Shown piece after piece: positions 1-9,739 of a stretch of 64,000 nucleotides of DNA; position 1 is the first letter of the stretch; the number at the start of each line of letters is the position of its first letter. The stretch is taken from NCBI GenBank assembly GCA_964370475.1, contig CAYJJI010000003.1:14389-78388 (forward strand). Reading direction: 5' to 3'. Under the pieces are notes generated by a model. That model saw only the letters and a program-made list of their open reading frames with translations, was not told the DNA's origin and made no database searches. Origin of the DNA: an uncultured Muribaculaceae bacterium (GTDB lineage: Bacteria > Bacillota_I > Bacilli_A > RF39 > UBA660). A program made the position numbers and the translations under genes.

Positions 1-1
1 T

Positions 2-64
2 TATAGTAAGCCCTTCATCACCTACAACAAATAATAATCCTTCAATTATACCTAATTTATTCAT
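2..64 (-). CDS. scpB: Segregation and condensation protein B (ScpB), N-terminal 21 codons only; the rest lies beyond the window start
   Basis: Reverse complement of 1-64 reads MNKLGIIEGLLFVVGDEGLTI, a typical ScpB N-terminus. The start codon overlaps the scpA stop, the usual scpA-scpB coupling. Confidence 0.5.
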   Translation of the reverse strand, partial: MNKLGIIEGLLFVVGDEGLTI

Positions 65-788
65 GATGATTCCTTTCAATTATTATTGGGTCAAAATTAG
101 AATTTTGTTTAATTAATATTTCTTTGTTTTTACTCATCTCTAGTATCGCTAGAAATGTTACTACTACGTATTCTTTAGTTAGGATTTCAAATAACTTAAT
201 GAATTCTACCTTTTCTTCGTTTTTTAATATTTCTTTTATTTTACTAATTCTGTCTTTAATACTTATTTCTTTGTGAGTTATTTTGGTGTTTAGTGGTTTT
301 CTTGTTATTAGTTTTTGTTGAAGATTTTGGAAAGCGTTTACTAATTCATCTATTGATAACTCTCCGTATTTAATTTCTTTTTTTTCTATATATTCATCTA
401 ATTTAGATGGTTCTCTTGTATAAATTTCATTTCTTTTATTTTCTAAATTTTTAAATTCTTTTGTAATATTTTTGTATATTTCATATTCGATTATTTTTCT
501 TTTTAAATCATCTTCATCTACTATGTGGAATTCGTTATCTATTTCGTCTTCTTCGGCTGTTTTATTTATCAACATTCTACTTTTTAGATGAATTAATTCT
601 GATGCCATTACTAAGTATTCTGATGCAATATCGATATTTAAAGATTCCATTTCTTTAATAAACTTTAAGTATTGCTCAATAATTATTTTTATATTTATTT
701 CTGCTAGGTTCATTTTTGATGATTTTACTAGATGTAAAAGTAAATCTAGCGGACCTTCAAAGTCGTTGATTGTATAATTATTTTGCAT
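57..788 (-). CDS. scpA: Segregation and condensation protein A (ScpA kleisin)
   Basis: 243 aa. The N-terminus YTINDFEGPLDLLLHLVKSSKMNLAEINI matches the ScpA family. It is followed by the scpB start. Confidence 0.85.
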   Translation of the reverse strand: MQNNYTINDFEGPLDLLLHLVKSSKMNLAEINIKIIIEQYLKFIKEMESLNIDIASEYLVMASELIHLKSRMLINKTAEEDEIDNEFHIVDEDDLKRKIIEYEIYKNITKEFKNLENKRNEIYTREPSKLDEYIEKKEIKYGELSIDELVNAFQNLQQKLITRKPLNTKITHKEISIKDRISKIKEILKNEEKVEFIKLFEILTKEYVVVTFLAILEMSKNKEILIKQNSNFDPIIIERNHHE

Positions 789-798
789 TTAAACCACC

Positions 799-1869
799 CT
801 ATCTACAGTCGTAACCCATTGCTTCCATTTTAAAGTTTATTTCACCTGCTTTTGTTCCTTCTTTAAAATAGTAGTCATTTTTTATATCTGTTTGACTTAA
901 CCCTTTTAAAACGAATTCATTTTCCAATGTATATCCAGTGTCACTCTCTATTAATGATGAGTTAACGTTTGGAATAGTATTATAATATATATTTTCATCT
1001 TGGTGAATTAATAAACTATTTTGATAAATTTGTTCATCTAAACCTTTTATTACTGTTGTTGTCTGTGTATATTTATATAATACTTGTTCTTTAAATTTGT
1101 AGGCATATTCTACATTATTTCTATCACACATTAGCGTTTGTTCATCTAATATATCATAATTTAAAAATATTTCGTCGTAATCTGCTTCGTTTTTCACTGA
1201 TAATTGGATATTTGTAATAGTATTATAATCTTTTGGTGCTAAAGCACTTATATTAACTGTGTTATTATCGCTAGTAGTAATTACTTTAATTCTTTTAACC
1301 CATTTATCACCTTCATATAATTCTATATATAAATTGTCACTATAACTAACTGTTGCATTTTCTTTACTTAGAGTGTAATCAATATATATATCATCATTTT
1401 TTTGATTAAACTCAATATTAGATACAGTAAAATATCCTAAAGTCAGTGAAGGATTTGTATCAAGCGATAGTATTTCTGTTGCGAAAATTTCTTCTTCGTT
1501 TACTGGTGTTTCTTTTACTTCTTCTTTGCCTAGGAATTTATTAATTTCTTCAGTTATTACTGGCAGAAAGAATAGTATACCTCCTAGTATTAAAAAAATA
1601 AATAACACTGCTATGGGTGAACTTTCTTTTTCTTTTGCTATTTTACCAACTACTATATCGCTATTTTTTGTAGCTTGTGTAGGTTGTGCTGGTTGCTCAA
1701 TTACAGATGCTACAGTATTTAAAGGTGCTTGGTTTGTTATTTGTTCTTCTTTGATATCAACTTTATTCATATTTTCAGTTAAAAATCTAGGATTTACTTC
1801 TTCACCTTTAGTATTCGTTATTTTTTGTTCATTATTATTTTGTCCATTATATTCATTCATATTAACCAC
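799..1869 (-). CDS. Hypothetical membrane-anchored protein (N/Q-rich N-terminus, single TM, extracytoplasmic domain)
   Basis: 356-aa ORF. Hydrophobic segment PIAVLFIFLILGGILFFLPVI. No recognisable motif. Confidence 0.45.
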   Translation of the reverse strand: MVNMNEYNGQNNNEQKITNTKGEEVNPRFLTENMNKVDIKEEQITNQAPLNTVASVIEQPAQPTQATKNSDIVVGKIAKEKESSPIAVLFIFLILGGILFFLPVITEEINKFLGKEEVKETPVNEEEIFATEILSLDTNPSLTLGYFTVSNIEFNQKNDDIYIDYTLSKENATVSYSDNLYIELYEGDKWVKRIKVITTSDNNTVNISALAPKDYNTITNIQLSVKNEADYDEIFLNYDILDEQTLMCDRNNVEYAYKFKEQVLYKYTQTTTVIKGLDEQIYQNSLLIHQDENIYYNTIPNVNSSLIESDTGYTLENEFVLKGLSQTDIKNDYYFKEGTKAGEINFKMEAMGYDCR

Positions 1870-1943
1870 TTCAATTCTTTTGTTTAATTATATCAAAACT
1901 GGTATTGTTATTCAACCATAATAAAAAGTCGATATTAGTCGAC

Positions 1944-2294
1944 TTAGTCTTTAGCTTCAAAAAATATCGTTAATAATGAAGCAAATATTATTGATGCTGT
2001 TATTCCTCCACCAGTAGTACTTAATATATTAGTAAACATTCCTAAAATTCCATTTTGATTATATCCTTCTAAGCAAGCTTTATATAATAAATTTCCAAAA
2101 TTAGTAATTAGAACACTTGAACCTATTTTTGAAAATTCTACTAAATATTCGTATAATCCTAGAAAAGCTAGTATTGCTCCTGCTACGGTGAAAGCTGTTG
2201 TAATATGTCCGGTAGTTAGTTTGGTATTATCTAATATTATTTGACCTATCAAACATATTATACCTACTAATAAAAATGTATTTATATATATCAC
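1944..2294 (-). CDS. spoVAE: Stage V sporulation protein AE (SpoVAEb-type small membrane protein)
   Basis: 116 aa. Polytopic membrane protein with the size and sequence style of SpoVAEb. Last gene of a sigma–spoVAC–spoVAD–spoVAE arrangement; overlaps spoVAD by 4 nt. Confidence 0.7.
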   Translation of the reverse strand: MIYINTFLLVGIICLIGQIILDNTKLTTGHITTAFTVAGAILAFLGLYEYLVEFSKIGSSVLITNFGNLLYKACLEGYNQNGILGMFTNILSTTGGGITASIIFASLLTIFFEAKD

Positions 2295-3259
2295 TTTGAA
2301 ACCTCCAAACTTATTGCGTGAGAAATACTTGGGATTGTATTTTTTTGATTAACTAAATTTGGAGAATGAAGCGAACCTGTTGCTAGCAACAATATTTTTT
2401 TGTTTTTTTTATCTTTTAAAATAGTGTTAAATAGTATTAATGGTAGCGTTACTGGTCCACTTGAACCTGCTTTGACATCTTGCTCATCTTTATATATACA
2501 AGTTCCACAATCTAAATGTTTTTTTATTTTAATATTATTATGTTTTAATAATTCTAAGAATAGTTTTGATCCAACGGATCCTAAATCTCCTGTAACTATT
2601 AAATCATAATATGTTGCTTCTCTTTTTAAATCTTTTAAATGACTATTTAATGTTTCGTATGCAGCTGGTGCCATTACTGCGCCCATGTTATTTGCATCTT
2701 TGATACCATAGTCAGTTACTTTTCCAATTGTTGATGATTCTATTTTTATTTTGCTTTCTTCTTTTGATAAAATTGCTGCTACTGATGCTGTTGCTGTAAA
2801 TGTTGTACATTCTTTTTTTGGAGCTCCGTATTCAATTGGATATCTAAATTGTTTTTCACTGTTTAGGTTGTGGCTACTTGTATATACTATTATTTTTTTT
2901 AATTTATTTAAGTTATTAGCACCTATTATCAAAGCTTCATTAAAACTTGCACAAGCTGAATATATACCTAGAAACGGAATGTTATATTTTGATGCTGTTA
3001 CTGAAGATGTAGTTATTTGATTATTTAAATCTCCTGCTATTAATAAATCTACTTTTTCTTCTTTTAAATTTAGTCGTTTCAACAATCCATCTATAGCTGT
3101 TGTTTGCATTTTAACCTCAGCTTTTTCAAATGTTTTTTCTTCGAAATTCAGTGTTTCTGATGAATAATCATAATGTTTAATATTCCCTTTTTTTTCGTAT
3201 GGACCTATTACTGAATATAAATCATTTATGTATACGTTTTTATATTTAAAACTAGACAT
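2291..3259 (-). CDS. spoVAD: Stage V sporulation protein AD (thiolase/ketoacyl-synthase-like fold)
   Basis: 322 aa, about the right size. Sits between the spoVAC-like and spoVAE-like genes. Confidence 0.75.
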   Translation of the reverse strand: MSSFKYKNVYINDLYSVIGPYEKKGNIKHYDYSSETLNFEEKTFEKAEVKMQTTAIDGLLKRLNLKEEKVDLLIAGDLNNQITTSSVTASKYNIPFLGIYSACASFNEALIIGANNLNKLKKIIVYTSSHNLNSEKQFRYPIEYGAPKKECTTFTATASVAAILSKEESKIKIESSTIGKVTDYGIKDANNMGAVMAPAAYETLNSHLKDLKREATYYDLIVTGDLGSVGSKLFLELLKHNNIKIKKHLDCGTCIYKDEQDVKAGSSGPVTLPLILFNTILKDKKNKKILLLATGSLHSPNLVNQKNTIPSISHAISLEVSK

Positions 3260-3686
3260 TTAATACTACCTTTACTACTGTTAGTAAAAATCCACTGATG
3301 ATTCCATATATTATTACGCTTCCTGCTAACTTAAACAAATTACTACCTAAACCTGTAATCATTCCATCTTTTTTATAATCTAGTGCACTTGATGTGACTG
3401 AATGAGCGAATCCACTCGTTGGAATTATAAATCCACATTGGGCTTTTTTTACATATCTATCAAAAAAACCAAGTGCAGTTAGTAAACTGCTAATGAATAT
3501 TAAAATTATTATTGTCCATATCGTTGAATCTTGGTTTGAGATTCCCAATAATTTTAATAAATCATATATTAATTGACATATTATTCCTACTAATCCCCCA
3601 CCTAGAAAAGCATATAATCCATTTCTAATTCTTTTTTCTTTTGGTGTGGTTTTTTTTACAAGTTTTTGATATTCTGTTTTATCCAT
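3252..3686 (-). CDS. spoVAC: Stage V sporulation protein AC
   Basis: 144 aa. Motifs AFLGGGLVGIICQ, GFAHSVTSSALDYKKDG and NLFKLAGSVIIYG parallel B. subtilis SpoVAC. Confidence 0.8.
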   Translation of the reverse strand: MDKTEYQKLVKKTTPKEKRIRNGLYAFLGGGLVGIICQLIYDLLKLLGISNQDSTIWTIIILIFISSLLTALGFFDRYVKKAQCGFIIPTSGFAHSVTSSALDYKKDGMITGLGSNLFKLAGSVIIYGIISGFLLTVVKVVLNV

Positions 3687-3733
3687 AATAAAACCTCCAT
3701 TACTATTATGAAGGGTTTATATTTATTTATTCA

Positions 3734-4372
3734 TTATTGTGTTAAGAATTGATACATTTTGTTTGTTGCTTGTTTTTCTCTTCTTGAAACTTTCACTTGA
3801 GATATTCCTAATACTTTGGCTACTTCTTTTTGGGTATAATCTTGATAATATCTATAATCAATTATTTGTTTTTCTTCATCTGATAGAACTTGATAAGATT
3901 CATCAATAATTATTTTTTTGTTATCATGAATTGTACTATCACTTATTACTTCATGAAGATTTATTTCTTGATCGTAATCTAAACTCATTATTTTATTTGA
4001 GCTATTTATAGCATTATTAACTTTTTCTTCGTCTATTTCTAAATATAGTGCTATATCAGTATTAGTTGGTATATATCCTAGTTTTTGGGTTAAATACATT
4101 TTTGTTTCTTCGATAGTTTTTCTTAATTTTAAGATATCTCTACTTATTTTTATCATGTTATTATTTACTGCTAAGTTATACATTTCTCCAAATATATAAT
4201 CACAAGCATAAGTGCTGAATTTTGTTTCATAACTATCAACGTAATTATTAGCTGCTTTTATTAAACCTATTGCCCCTACTTGATAAAGATCGTCTTTATC
4301 TATATTTTTAAACTTAGAGGCCATCTTATATATTAAACCTTCATTATTTAAGATTATCTTTTCATAATCCAT
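3734..4372 (-). CDS. sigF: Sporulation sigma factor of the SigF/SigG/SigB subfamily (sigma-70 regions 2-4)
   Basis: Region 2.x DLYQVGAIGLIKAANNYVDSYETKFSTYACDYIFGEM. IKISRDILKLRKTIEETKMYLTQKLGYIPT and YTQKEVAKVLGISQVKVSRREKQ align closely to SigF. It sits immediately upstream of spoVAC-AD-AE, as in clostridial sigF-spoVA loci. The ORF-track start at 4381 is GTG; the ATG at 4372 has an AGGTGA RBS 5 nt upstream. Confidence 0.8.
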   Translation of the reverse strand: MDYEKIILNNEGLIYKMASKFKNIDKDDLYQVGAIGLIKAANNYVDSYETKFSTYACDYIFGEMYNLAVNNNMIKISRDILKLRKTIEETKMYLTQKLGYIPTNTDIALYLEIDEEKVNNAINSSNKIMSLDYDQEINLHEVISDSTIHDNKKIIIDESYQVLSDEEKQIIDYRYYQDYTQKEVAKVLGISQVKVSRREKQATNKMYQFLTQ

Positions 4373-4466
4373 TTTTATCACCTGTCTTAATGAATATAGT
4401 ACAGTTTTAATATTATTTATACTCTTTCGACAAATGTTCTAATAATATATAAAAAATAGAGTATTT

Positions 4467-5744
4467 CTACTCTATTATATCTATAGTGTATGGATTATTT
4501 ATTGTTCCTTCTCCACTTACTGTTGCTTCGTTAATTATATTTATTACTGGTTTAGTTGCTAATAAGTAATTAACAGGTAGTTCAGCTATATTACCATATA
4601 TATTCATTATATACATATATGATACGTTATACGAGTATTTTGATGGAGAACTTGTGTAGAAAGCTATATTATTATCTAAATATGTTGATGAGTTATCTAT
4701 TGATAACATTACTTCATCTACACTTAATAGTCCTATATTGTATTCATCTTTATGACATGTTAGTGATGGGGTGTTTTTATTTACTCTGTCGCTACTTATG
4801 TAGTAGTCTGTACCGTATTGGTTTATTTTTTCAATTGGCGTTAAATCGTTACAGTAATTTCCTTCACTAATGTATTGTTCTACTCCAGATAATGTTTCTT
4901 TATACCAATCATCTAGTTGAGTTTTTATAATACTAGATACGTTTTTTTCATCATTGACATAGACATAGCCTAAGTACATTTCTTTATTTGAATATGTGTT
5001 AAAAGATGATGCTGGAAGCTCACTATCTAGCACTAGCCTTACTGTACCATCTCCGTTAACTCTCACTATTCTCCATAATTGGTTTGCAAATGATACATAG
5101 TTATTTTCAACAAGACCACTATAGTAATAACTTACTCCTTCATTATCCATTGTTGAAAATAAGTTATTTGATGATATTATTGTTTCTTTAAATATTGGTT
5201 TTATAAAAGTTTTTTCTGATGTAACTTCAATTGTACCAGTAAAAGTTTGTTCTGCTACTGAACTATTAGTATCTAACCATAGTCTTAGGTTAAATCTGGA
5301 TATATCATTACTAGCTATTTTAATAACACCTAATATTTTTGAAGAATTATATGTTTCATTTTTGTTACTTGCACTGTTTGAAAGCGATTTATAAAGTGTT
5401 GAGTCTAATTCATAGTTTCCTGATATATTTAATTTTATATTATTTTCGTTTTCATCTAATGACTGATTATTTAATCTAATTTCTACTTCTTGTTCTTCTT
5501 GACATTTATTTTCAATTGATATTGTAAAGGGATCAGTTATTTTTCCGTAGTCATCATTAGATATTGAAAGTTCTTTTTCGATAAATTCGTGCTCATATAT
5601 TACTGTTAGACAAGAGGTTTCGTAACTATAAAATGTTGTATTATCATTGATACCATTGTATATTCCGTAACTAGTACTTATTACTAAAGTTAGGATTATT
5701 AGGGCAGCAATTATTATTATTGGCAACTTATATTTCAATTTCAT
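4467..5744 (-). CDS. Secreted/surface hypothetical protein (N-terminal signal/anchor)
   Basis: 425 aa. N-terminal hydrophobic segment LPIIIIAALIILTLVISTSYG. No recognisable catalytic motif. Confidence 0.45.
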   Translation of the reverse strand: MKLKYKLPIIIIAALIILTLVISTSYGIYNGINDNTTFYSYETSCLTVIYEHEFIEKELSISNDDYGKITDPFTISIENKCQEEQEVEIRLNNQSLDENENNIKLNISGNYELDSTLYKSLSNSASNKNETYNSSKILGVIKIASNDISRFNLRLWLDTNSSVAEQTFTGTIEVTSEKTFIKPIFKETIISSNNLFSTMDNEGVSYYYSGLVENNYVSFANQLWRIVRVNGDGTVRLVLDSELPASSFNTYSNKEMYLGYVYVNDEKNVSSIIKTQLDDWYKETLSGVEQYISEGNYCNDLTPIEKINQYGTDYYISSDRVNKNTPSLTCHKDEYNIGLLSVDEVMLSIDNSSTYLDNNIAFYTSSPSKYSYNVSYMYIMNIYGNIAELPVNYLLATKPVINIINEATVSGEGTINNPYTIDIIE

Positions 5745-5838
5745 TTTCTACCCTACCTTACTATAATTTAACTATACACTAACAAAAAAAATATGTCAAC
5801 AATATGACATATTTTTTGTATATTTTTTTAGTTTACAT

Positions 5839-8800
5839 TTAATTTAATACTACATTATGAAGGTTGTTTGGATTTATGTGTGTAGATTGATATTGTGTTG
5901 TTAAGAAATTAGTATTTTTTATATTAATTGTTTGAGCTGTAGCATCATTTATTTCTATATTATATAGTAAACTATTTGGATTTAAATTAGTTGCATTAAT
6001 TTTATTATTATTTATTGATATATTATGATTATTTAGCAATATGTCGTTTATGTAGACGTATGTGGATGTATGGTTATTTGCTACTTCATCATAGTTGTAA
6101 TTGATGGTATTATTTTCTATGGTTGTATCTTTTGTTACATCTACCCAAGCCATATCAATTATGTTAGTTATATTACCATTTACTGTTATTGTATTATTAT
6201 TAGCATTCACTACTCTTTTAAACATTTGCTCTACATTACCATTTATTGTAATATTATTTCCTACTAAGTTATCAACTTCATAGAATAGGAATCTTACATC
6301 AGTATCAATGATTATTTCATTATCAATAACATTATTTCCTTCTATAACTTTTTGTCCTGTTAAACCTGTACCAAACGGAGTTTTTACATGAATTATATTA
6401 TTGTTTACTGATTTTGCATTTCCGTTTATTACTGCTCCATTGCTATCTTGTAATTCTTTAGTAAATGTTAAGTTGTTATTACTTATTATAACGTCACTAT
6501 CTTCTTTAACATATAACAATGCACCTTTTGCTATTACATCAACTGTATTATTATCAAATAAAATGTTTTCCATTTCTGTTGGGAATGCTGTTCCAAATGA
6601 GAAAGCCATTACGCTACTTGTTGCATTCTTTTTTGAAGATTTGAATTCGTTATTTATAATTTCAATATTTTTGATAGTTCCAGAAAATACTGCTAGATGT
6701 TCATCGTGGCTTATTTTATCTACATAATTATTACTAAATACTAAACCGCCACTTTCTTTATTTTCTTCATCTCTGATCCAGATACTTCCTCCTGCTTCTT
6801 GGTCACAATAATTTAATATTTCGTTGTTGTCTACTATTACATTTTCCCAACTTGCATTTAAATCAATATTTGTTGTTTCTTTGGAATCAGGGGCAATGTA
6901 TAACCTACTATCAGTAATAGTTATATATCTACTATTAGTTACTACTATTTGATTTGTAACTCCAACCATTATTTTTTTCATTCTTGTTTCAATATTCATA
7001 TTTACTAAGTCAATATTTGTTGATCCCCAAATTTGAAGAAAGTGAGAACTAGAATAAGACTCTATATAATTATCATCATAGTAAATTATATTATCTTTTC
7101 CATCAAGTACGATATTAGCTCTAGTATTCATTGTTAATTCTTTATCCATTCTGTATTCGCCTGTTTCTAGGTAAATATATTCGTATCCTGAATAGATAGC
7201 TTTTGAGAATGCACCAGAATCGTCTGTTTGGCTGTCTCCCATCGCTCCGAATTGGTTAATAGAAATTCCATTTCCAGTGTTAAGTAAAATCGCATACATT
7301 CCATTTGCTAATCTTACTGTTTCTATATCTCTATATATAATACTTGGATATTTTTCTACTACTGTATAATATGATGCTCCTTTGTTGTTATTTTCATAAA
7401 AACTAGTAGTTTTTATGATATCACCAGCTTGCGATTCTGTTTCAGCCAACATCTTAGCATACGATGAAACTTCTTTTGTGACTACAGGTATATAACTTAC
7501 ATCATTGTTTCCTGATTTATATCTTGTATAGTATGTTTCAATATCGTTACCTTGAATATTTACTTGTTGGTTACTTTCTAGTGACTTATATACATATAAG
7601 TAACTACTTTTATTTATATTTGTTCCTGTTACATTATTGTTTTCAATTGTAATTTCATTATTTTGTTGGTTATTGTTTTCTATTTGTATCAGTCTTGAGA
7701 TTTGATCGTTTGTAGTTTCATCATAAGTATTAATGATATTATTATCATTTATATTTATATTTTTACTTAGTGTCATATTTTCTATGGAGAAAATATTGTT
7801 AGTTTTATTATTTAATGTAACTTCATTATTTGATATTTTTCCTACATTATTAAATACTTTATTATTAATTGAGTTAATTACTAAGGTATTATTATCTATT
7901 GAACTATTTATATCTAATGCGAATATGTTAATAGCATTACTTGAAGAAATTTCAATGTTGTTTGAGTTAATATTTATTGAGTTTCCATCAAATGCATTAA
8001 TCATTTCAGTTCCATTATTTATATATTTTATTGTGTTATTTTCTAAAGTTGTATTTAATGATCTATTAGTTTTTATTAATGAGTTGGATGTCGTTATTTG
8101 AATAGTATTATTCATTAATTTTATATTTTCACTATCATTTATATTTATTGGAAGTTCTTGACCTTCTGTTTTTGTTAGTTTGATATTAGAAATATTTAAT
8201 CCTTTTGAATTGTTAATATTTATGATTGAATTATCAAGGATTAATTCAGTGTTATCACCTATTATATTTATGTTGTTTTGTTCATTTATAGTAATAGAAT
8301 TTTCTAATAAGTATTTATTTTCTAATAAGTTTAGATTTGTACTTTTTTGGTTTAGAAATAACTCTATTGCTTTTGAATCATCTTTAACACCATCACCAAC
8401 TGCACCAAATTGCATTGGATTAGTTGTTACATTTTTATCAGAGTATACTGCGTATAGTCCATTGCTTAATGTTATTTTACTTGGATCATTTGAAGTTTTT
8501 ACTATTTCATAGATTGCTTGTCCTATTCCTTCATTGTAGTATCCTAGTGTTGTTATTGTTTGACCCTCTACTAGTGATTGATTATTGATCATTTCTTCTA
8601 CATTGTTAACAGTCTTCTCAGCTGGTGGTTGTTCCTGATCATTATCATCTTGGTTATTGTCATTATTATTGTTATCATTATTATCATTGTTGTTATCATT
8701 ATTGTCTTGGTTGTTATCATTATTGTCTTGGTTGTTATCATTATTATCATTGTTGTTATCATTATTGTCTTGGTTGTTATCGTTATTATCTTGGTTATTG

Positions 8801-9135
8801 TCCCCTTGATTATCATCATCTAGATTGTCATTGTCGTTTTGGTTACTGTCTCCTTGATTATCATCATTATTATTTTGGTTGTCATCATTTTGATTATCAT
8901 CGTTATTATCTTGGTTGTCATCGTTATTATCTTGATTGTCATCGTTATTATCTTGGTTGTCATCGTTTTGATTGTCATCGTTTTGATTGTCATTTTTATC
9001 TTGATCAGTTGTTTGGTTACTATTATTTTGATCATTACTTTTAGTTGTTATATTGTAATTTATAAAGACAATTGATGTTATTGCTATAATTACTAATATA
9101 ATTACTATTATTATTTTTTTCTTGTTATCTATCAT
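5839..9135 (-). CDS. Large membrane-anchored surface protein: N-terminal TM, D/N/Q repeat linker, then two pectate-lyase-superfamily (right-handed beta-helix) domains
   Basis: 1098 aa. Two copies of the beta-helix N-terminal hallmark (QFGAVGDGVKDDSKAIELF and NQFGAMGDSQTDDSGAFSKAIYSG). Each is followed by long N/I/T-rich runs typical of parallel beta-helix coils. TM helix IIIVIILVIIAITSIVFINY at the N-terminus. Confidence 0.7.
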   Translation of the reverse strand: MIDNKKKIIIVIILVIIAITSIVFINYNITTKSNDQNNSNQTTDQDKNDNQNDDNQNDDNQDNNDDNQDNNDDNQDNNDDNQNDDNQNNNDDNQGDSNQNDNDNLDDDNQGDNNQDNNDNNQDNNDNNNDNNDNNQDNNDNNQDNNDNNNDNNDNNNNDNNQDDNDQEQPPAEKTVNNVEEMINNQSLVEGQTITTLGYYNEGIGQAIYEIVKTSNDPSKITLSNGLYAVYSDKNVTTNPMQFGAVGDGVKDDSKAIELFLNQKSTNLNLLENKYLLENSITINEQNNINIIGDNTELILDNSIININNSKGLNISNIKLTKTEGQELPININDSENIKLMNNTIQITTSNSLIKTNRSLNTTLENNTIKYINNGTEMINAFDGNSININSNNIEISSSNAINIFALDINSSIDNNTLVINSINNKVFNNVGKISNNEVTLNNKTNNIFSIENMTLSKNININDNNIINTYDETTNDQISRLIQIENNNQQNNEITIENNNVTGTNINKSSYLYVYKSLESNQQVNIQGNDIETYYTRYKSGNNDVSYIPVVTKEVSSYAKMLAETESQAGDIIKTTSFYENNNKGASYYTVVEKYPSIIYRDIETVRLANGMYAILLNTGNGISINQFGAMGDSQTDDSGAFSKAIYSGYEYIYLETGEYRMDKELTMNTRANIVLDGKDNIIYYDDNYIESYSSSHFLQIWGSTNIDLVNMNIETRMKKIMVGVTNQIVVTNSRYITITDSRLYIAPDSKETTNIDLNASWENVIVDNNEILNYCDQEAGGSIWIRDEENKESGGLVFSNNYVDKISHDEHLAVFSGTIKNIEIINNEFKSSKKNATSSVMAFSFGTAFPTEMENILFDNNTVDVIAKGALLYVKEDSDVIISNNNLTFTKELQDSNGAVINGNAKSVNNNIIHVKTPFGTGLTGQKVIEGNNVIDNEIIIDTDVRFLFYEVDNLVGNNITINGNVEQMFKRVVNANNNTITVNGNITNIIDMAWVDVTKDTTIENNTINYNYDEVANNHTSTYVYINDILLNNHNISINNNKINATNLNPNSLLYNIEINDATAQTINIKNTNFLTTQYQSTHINPNNLHNVVLN
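8640..9010. repeat. Imperfect tandem 21-bp coding repeat (unit about ttgttatcattattgtcttgg, encoding DNNDDNQ heptads) inside the 1098-aa gene
   Basis: The same 21-nt unit repeats back-to-back many times with point variants. The ORF track shows spurious ORFs in all frames here because of the periodicity. Confidence 0.8.
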
Positions 9136-9141
9136 ATTATC

Positions 9142-9651
9142 TTAAAACTCTTCCTTAATTGTTATATTTGTTGAAATAGTTCTTTCTACTGCTGACACTT
9201 CGTATGAATATTCATCTTCCCATGATCGATATGTAACTGTTACTGTTTCATTTGGTTGAATTGTATATGTTGTTGTTGAGTAAGTTTTTACTCCTTTACT
9301 AGATGTGCTAGTTAAGGAACTTAATAAATATATATTATCATTCAACCCTATTTTAACTTTATTTGTTTCAACGTTTGTGATGTAATTTAATACTATATTT
9401 ACTACATAGTTAGCTTCGGTACTACAATTGTTTTTTATTTCTATTTGTTGTCCTTCACTTTTTAATGCTGATTCGTCGCTTTGTGGTAGTAAACCAATAG
9501 TTTCTACTTTCACTTGGTTGGCATCACCTAGGTTTGTACTTATACAATTTCCGTCTTCATTAGTAGCTTTTTCCGAATATGAATTAGCTATATATATTCC
9601 CAAAAAAATTACTAGTATTGTTGTTATTGTTATTATTATTTTTATTTTCAT
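9142..9651 (-). CDS. Small secreted protein (signal peptide + beta-rich domain)
   Basis: 169 aa. N-terminus MKIKIIITITTILVIFLGIYIANSYS. Lies immediately downstream of the beta-helix protein gene. Confidence 0.45.
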   Translation of the reverse strand: MKIKIIITITTILVIFLGIYIANSYSEKATNEDGNCISTNLGDANQVKVETIGLLPQSDESALKSEGQQIEIKNNCSTEANYVVNIVLNYITNVETNKVKIGLNDNIYLLSSLTSTSSKGVKTYSTTTYTIQPNETVTVTYRSWEDEYSYEVSAVERTISTNITIKEEF

Positions 9652-9739
9652 TATGTTACTCCTTATATAATATTATCATAATTGCAATAACCCTTCAACG
9701 AAAAAATGAAAATAAAAAAAATTGTTTTTGACAATTTTT

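Noticed and set aside
8640-9010. Possible CRISPR array (regular short repeats)
   Set aside because: The units are contiguous 21-mers with no spacers, they lie in-frame inside a long ORF, and no cas genes are present.
8578-9075. Cluster of overlapping ORFs on both strands (81, 73, 139, 71, 78 aa) with bizarre I/V/T- or C/H/Y-only composition
   Set aside because: They are frame artefacts of the 21-bp tandem repeat inside the 1098-aa gene. Only the minus-strand long frame is coding.
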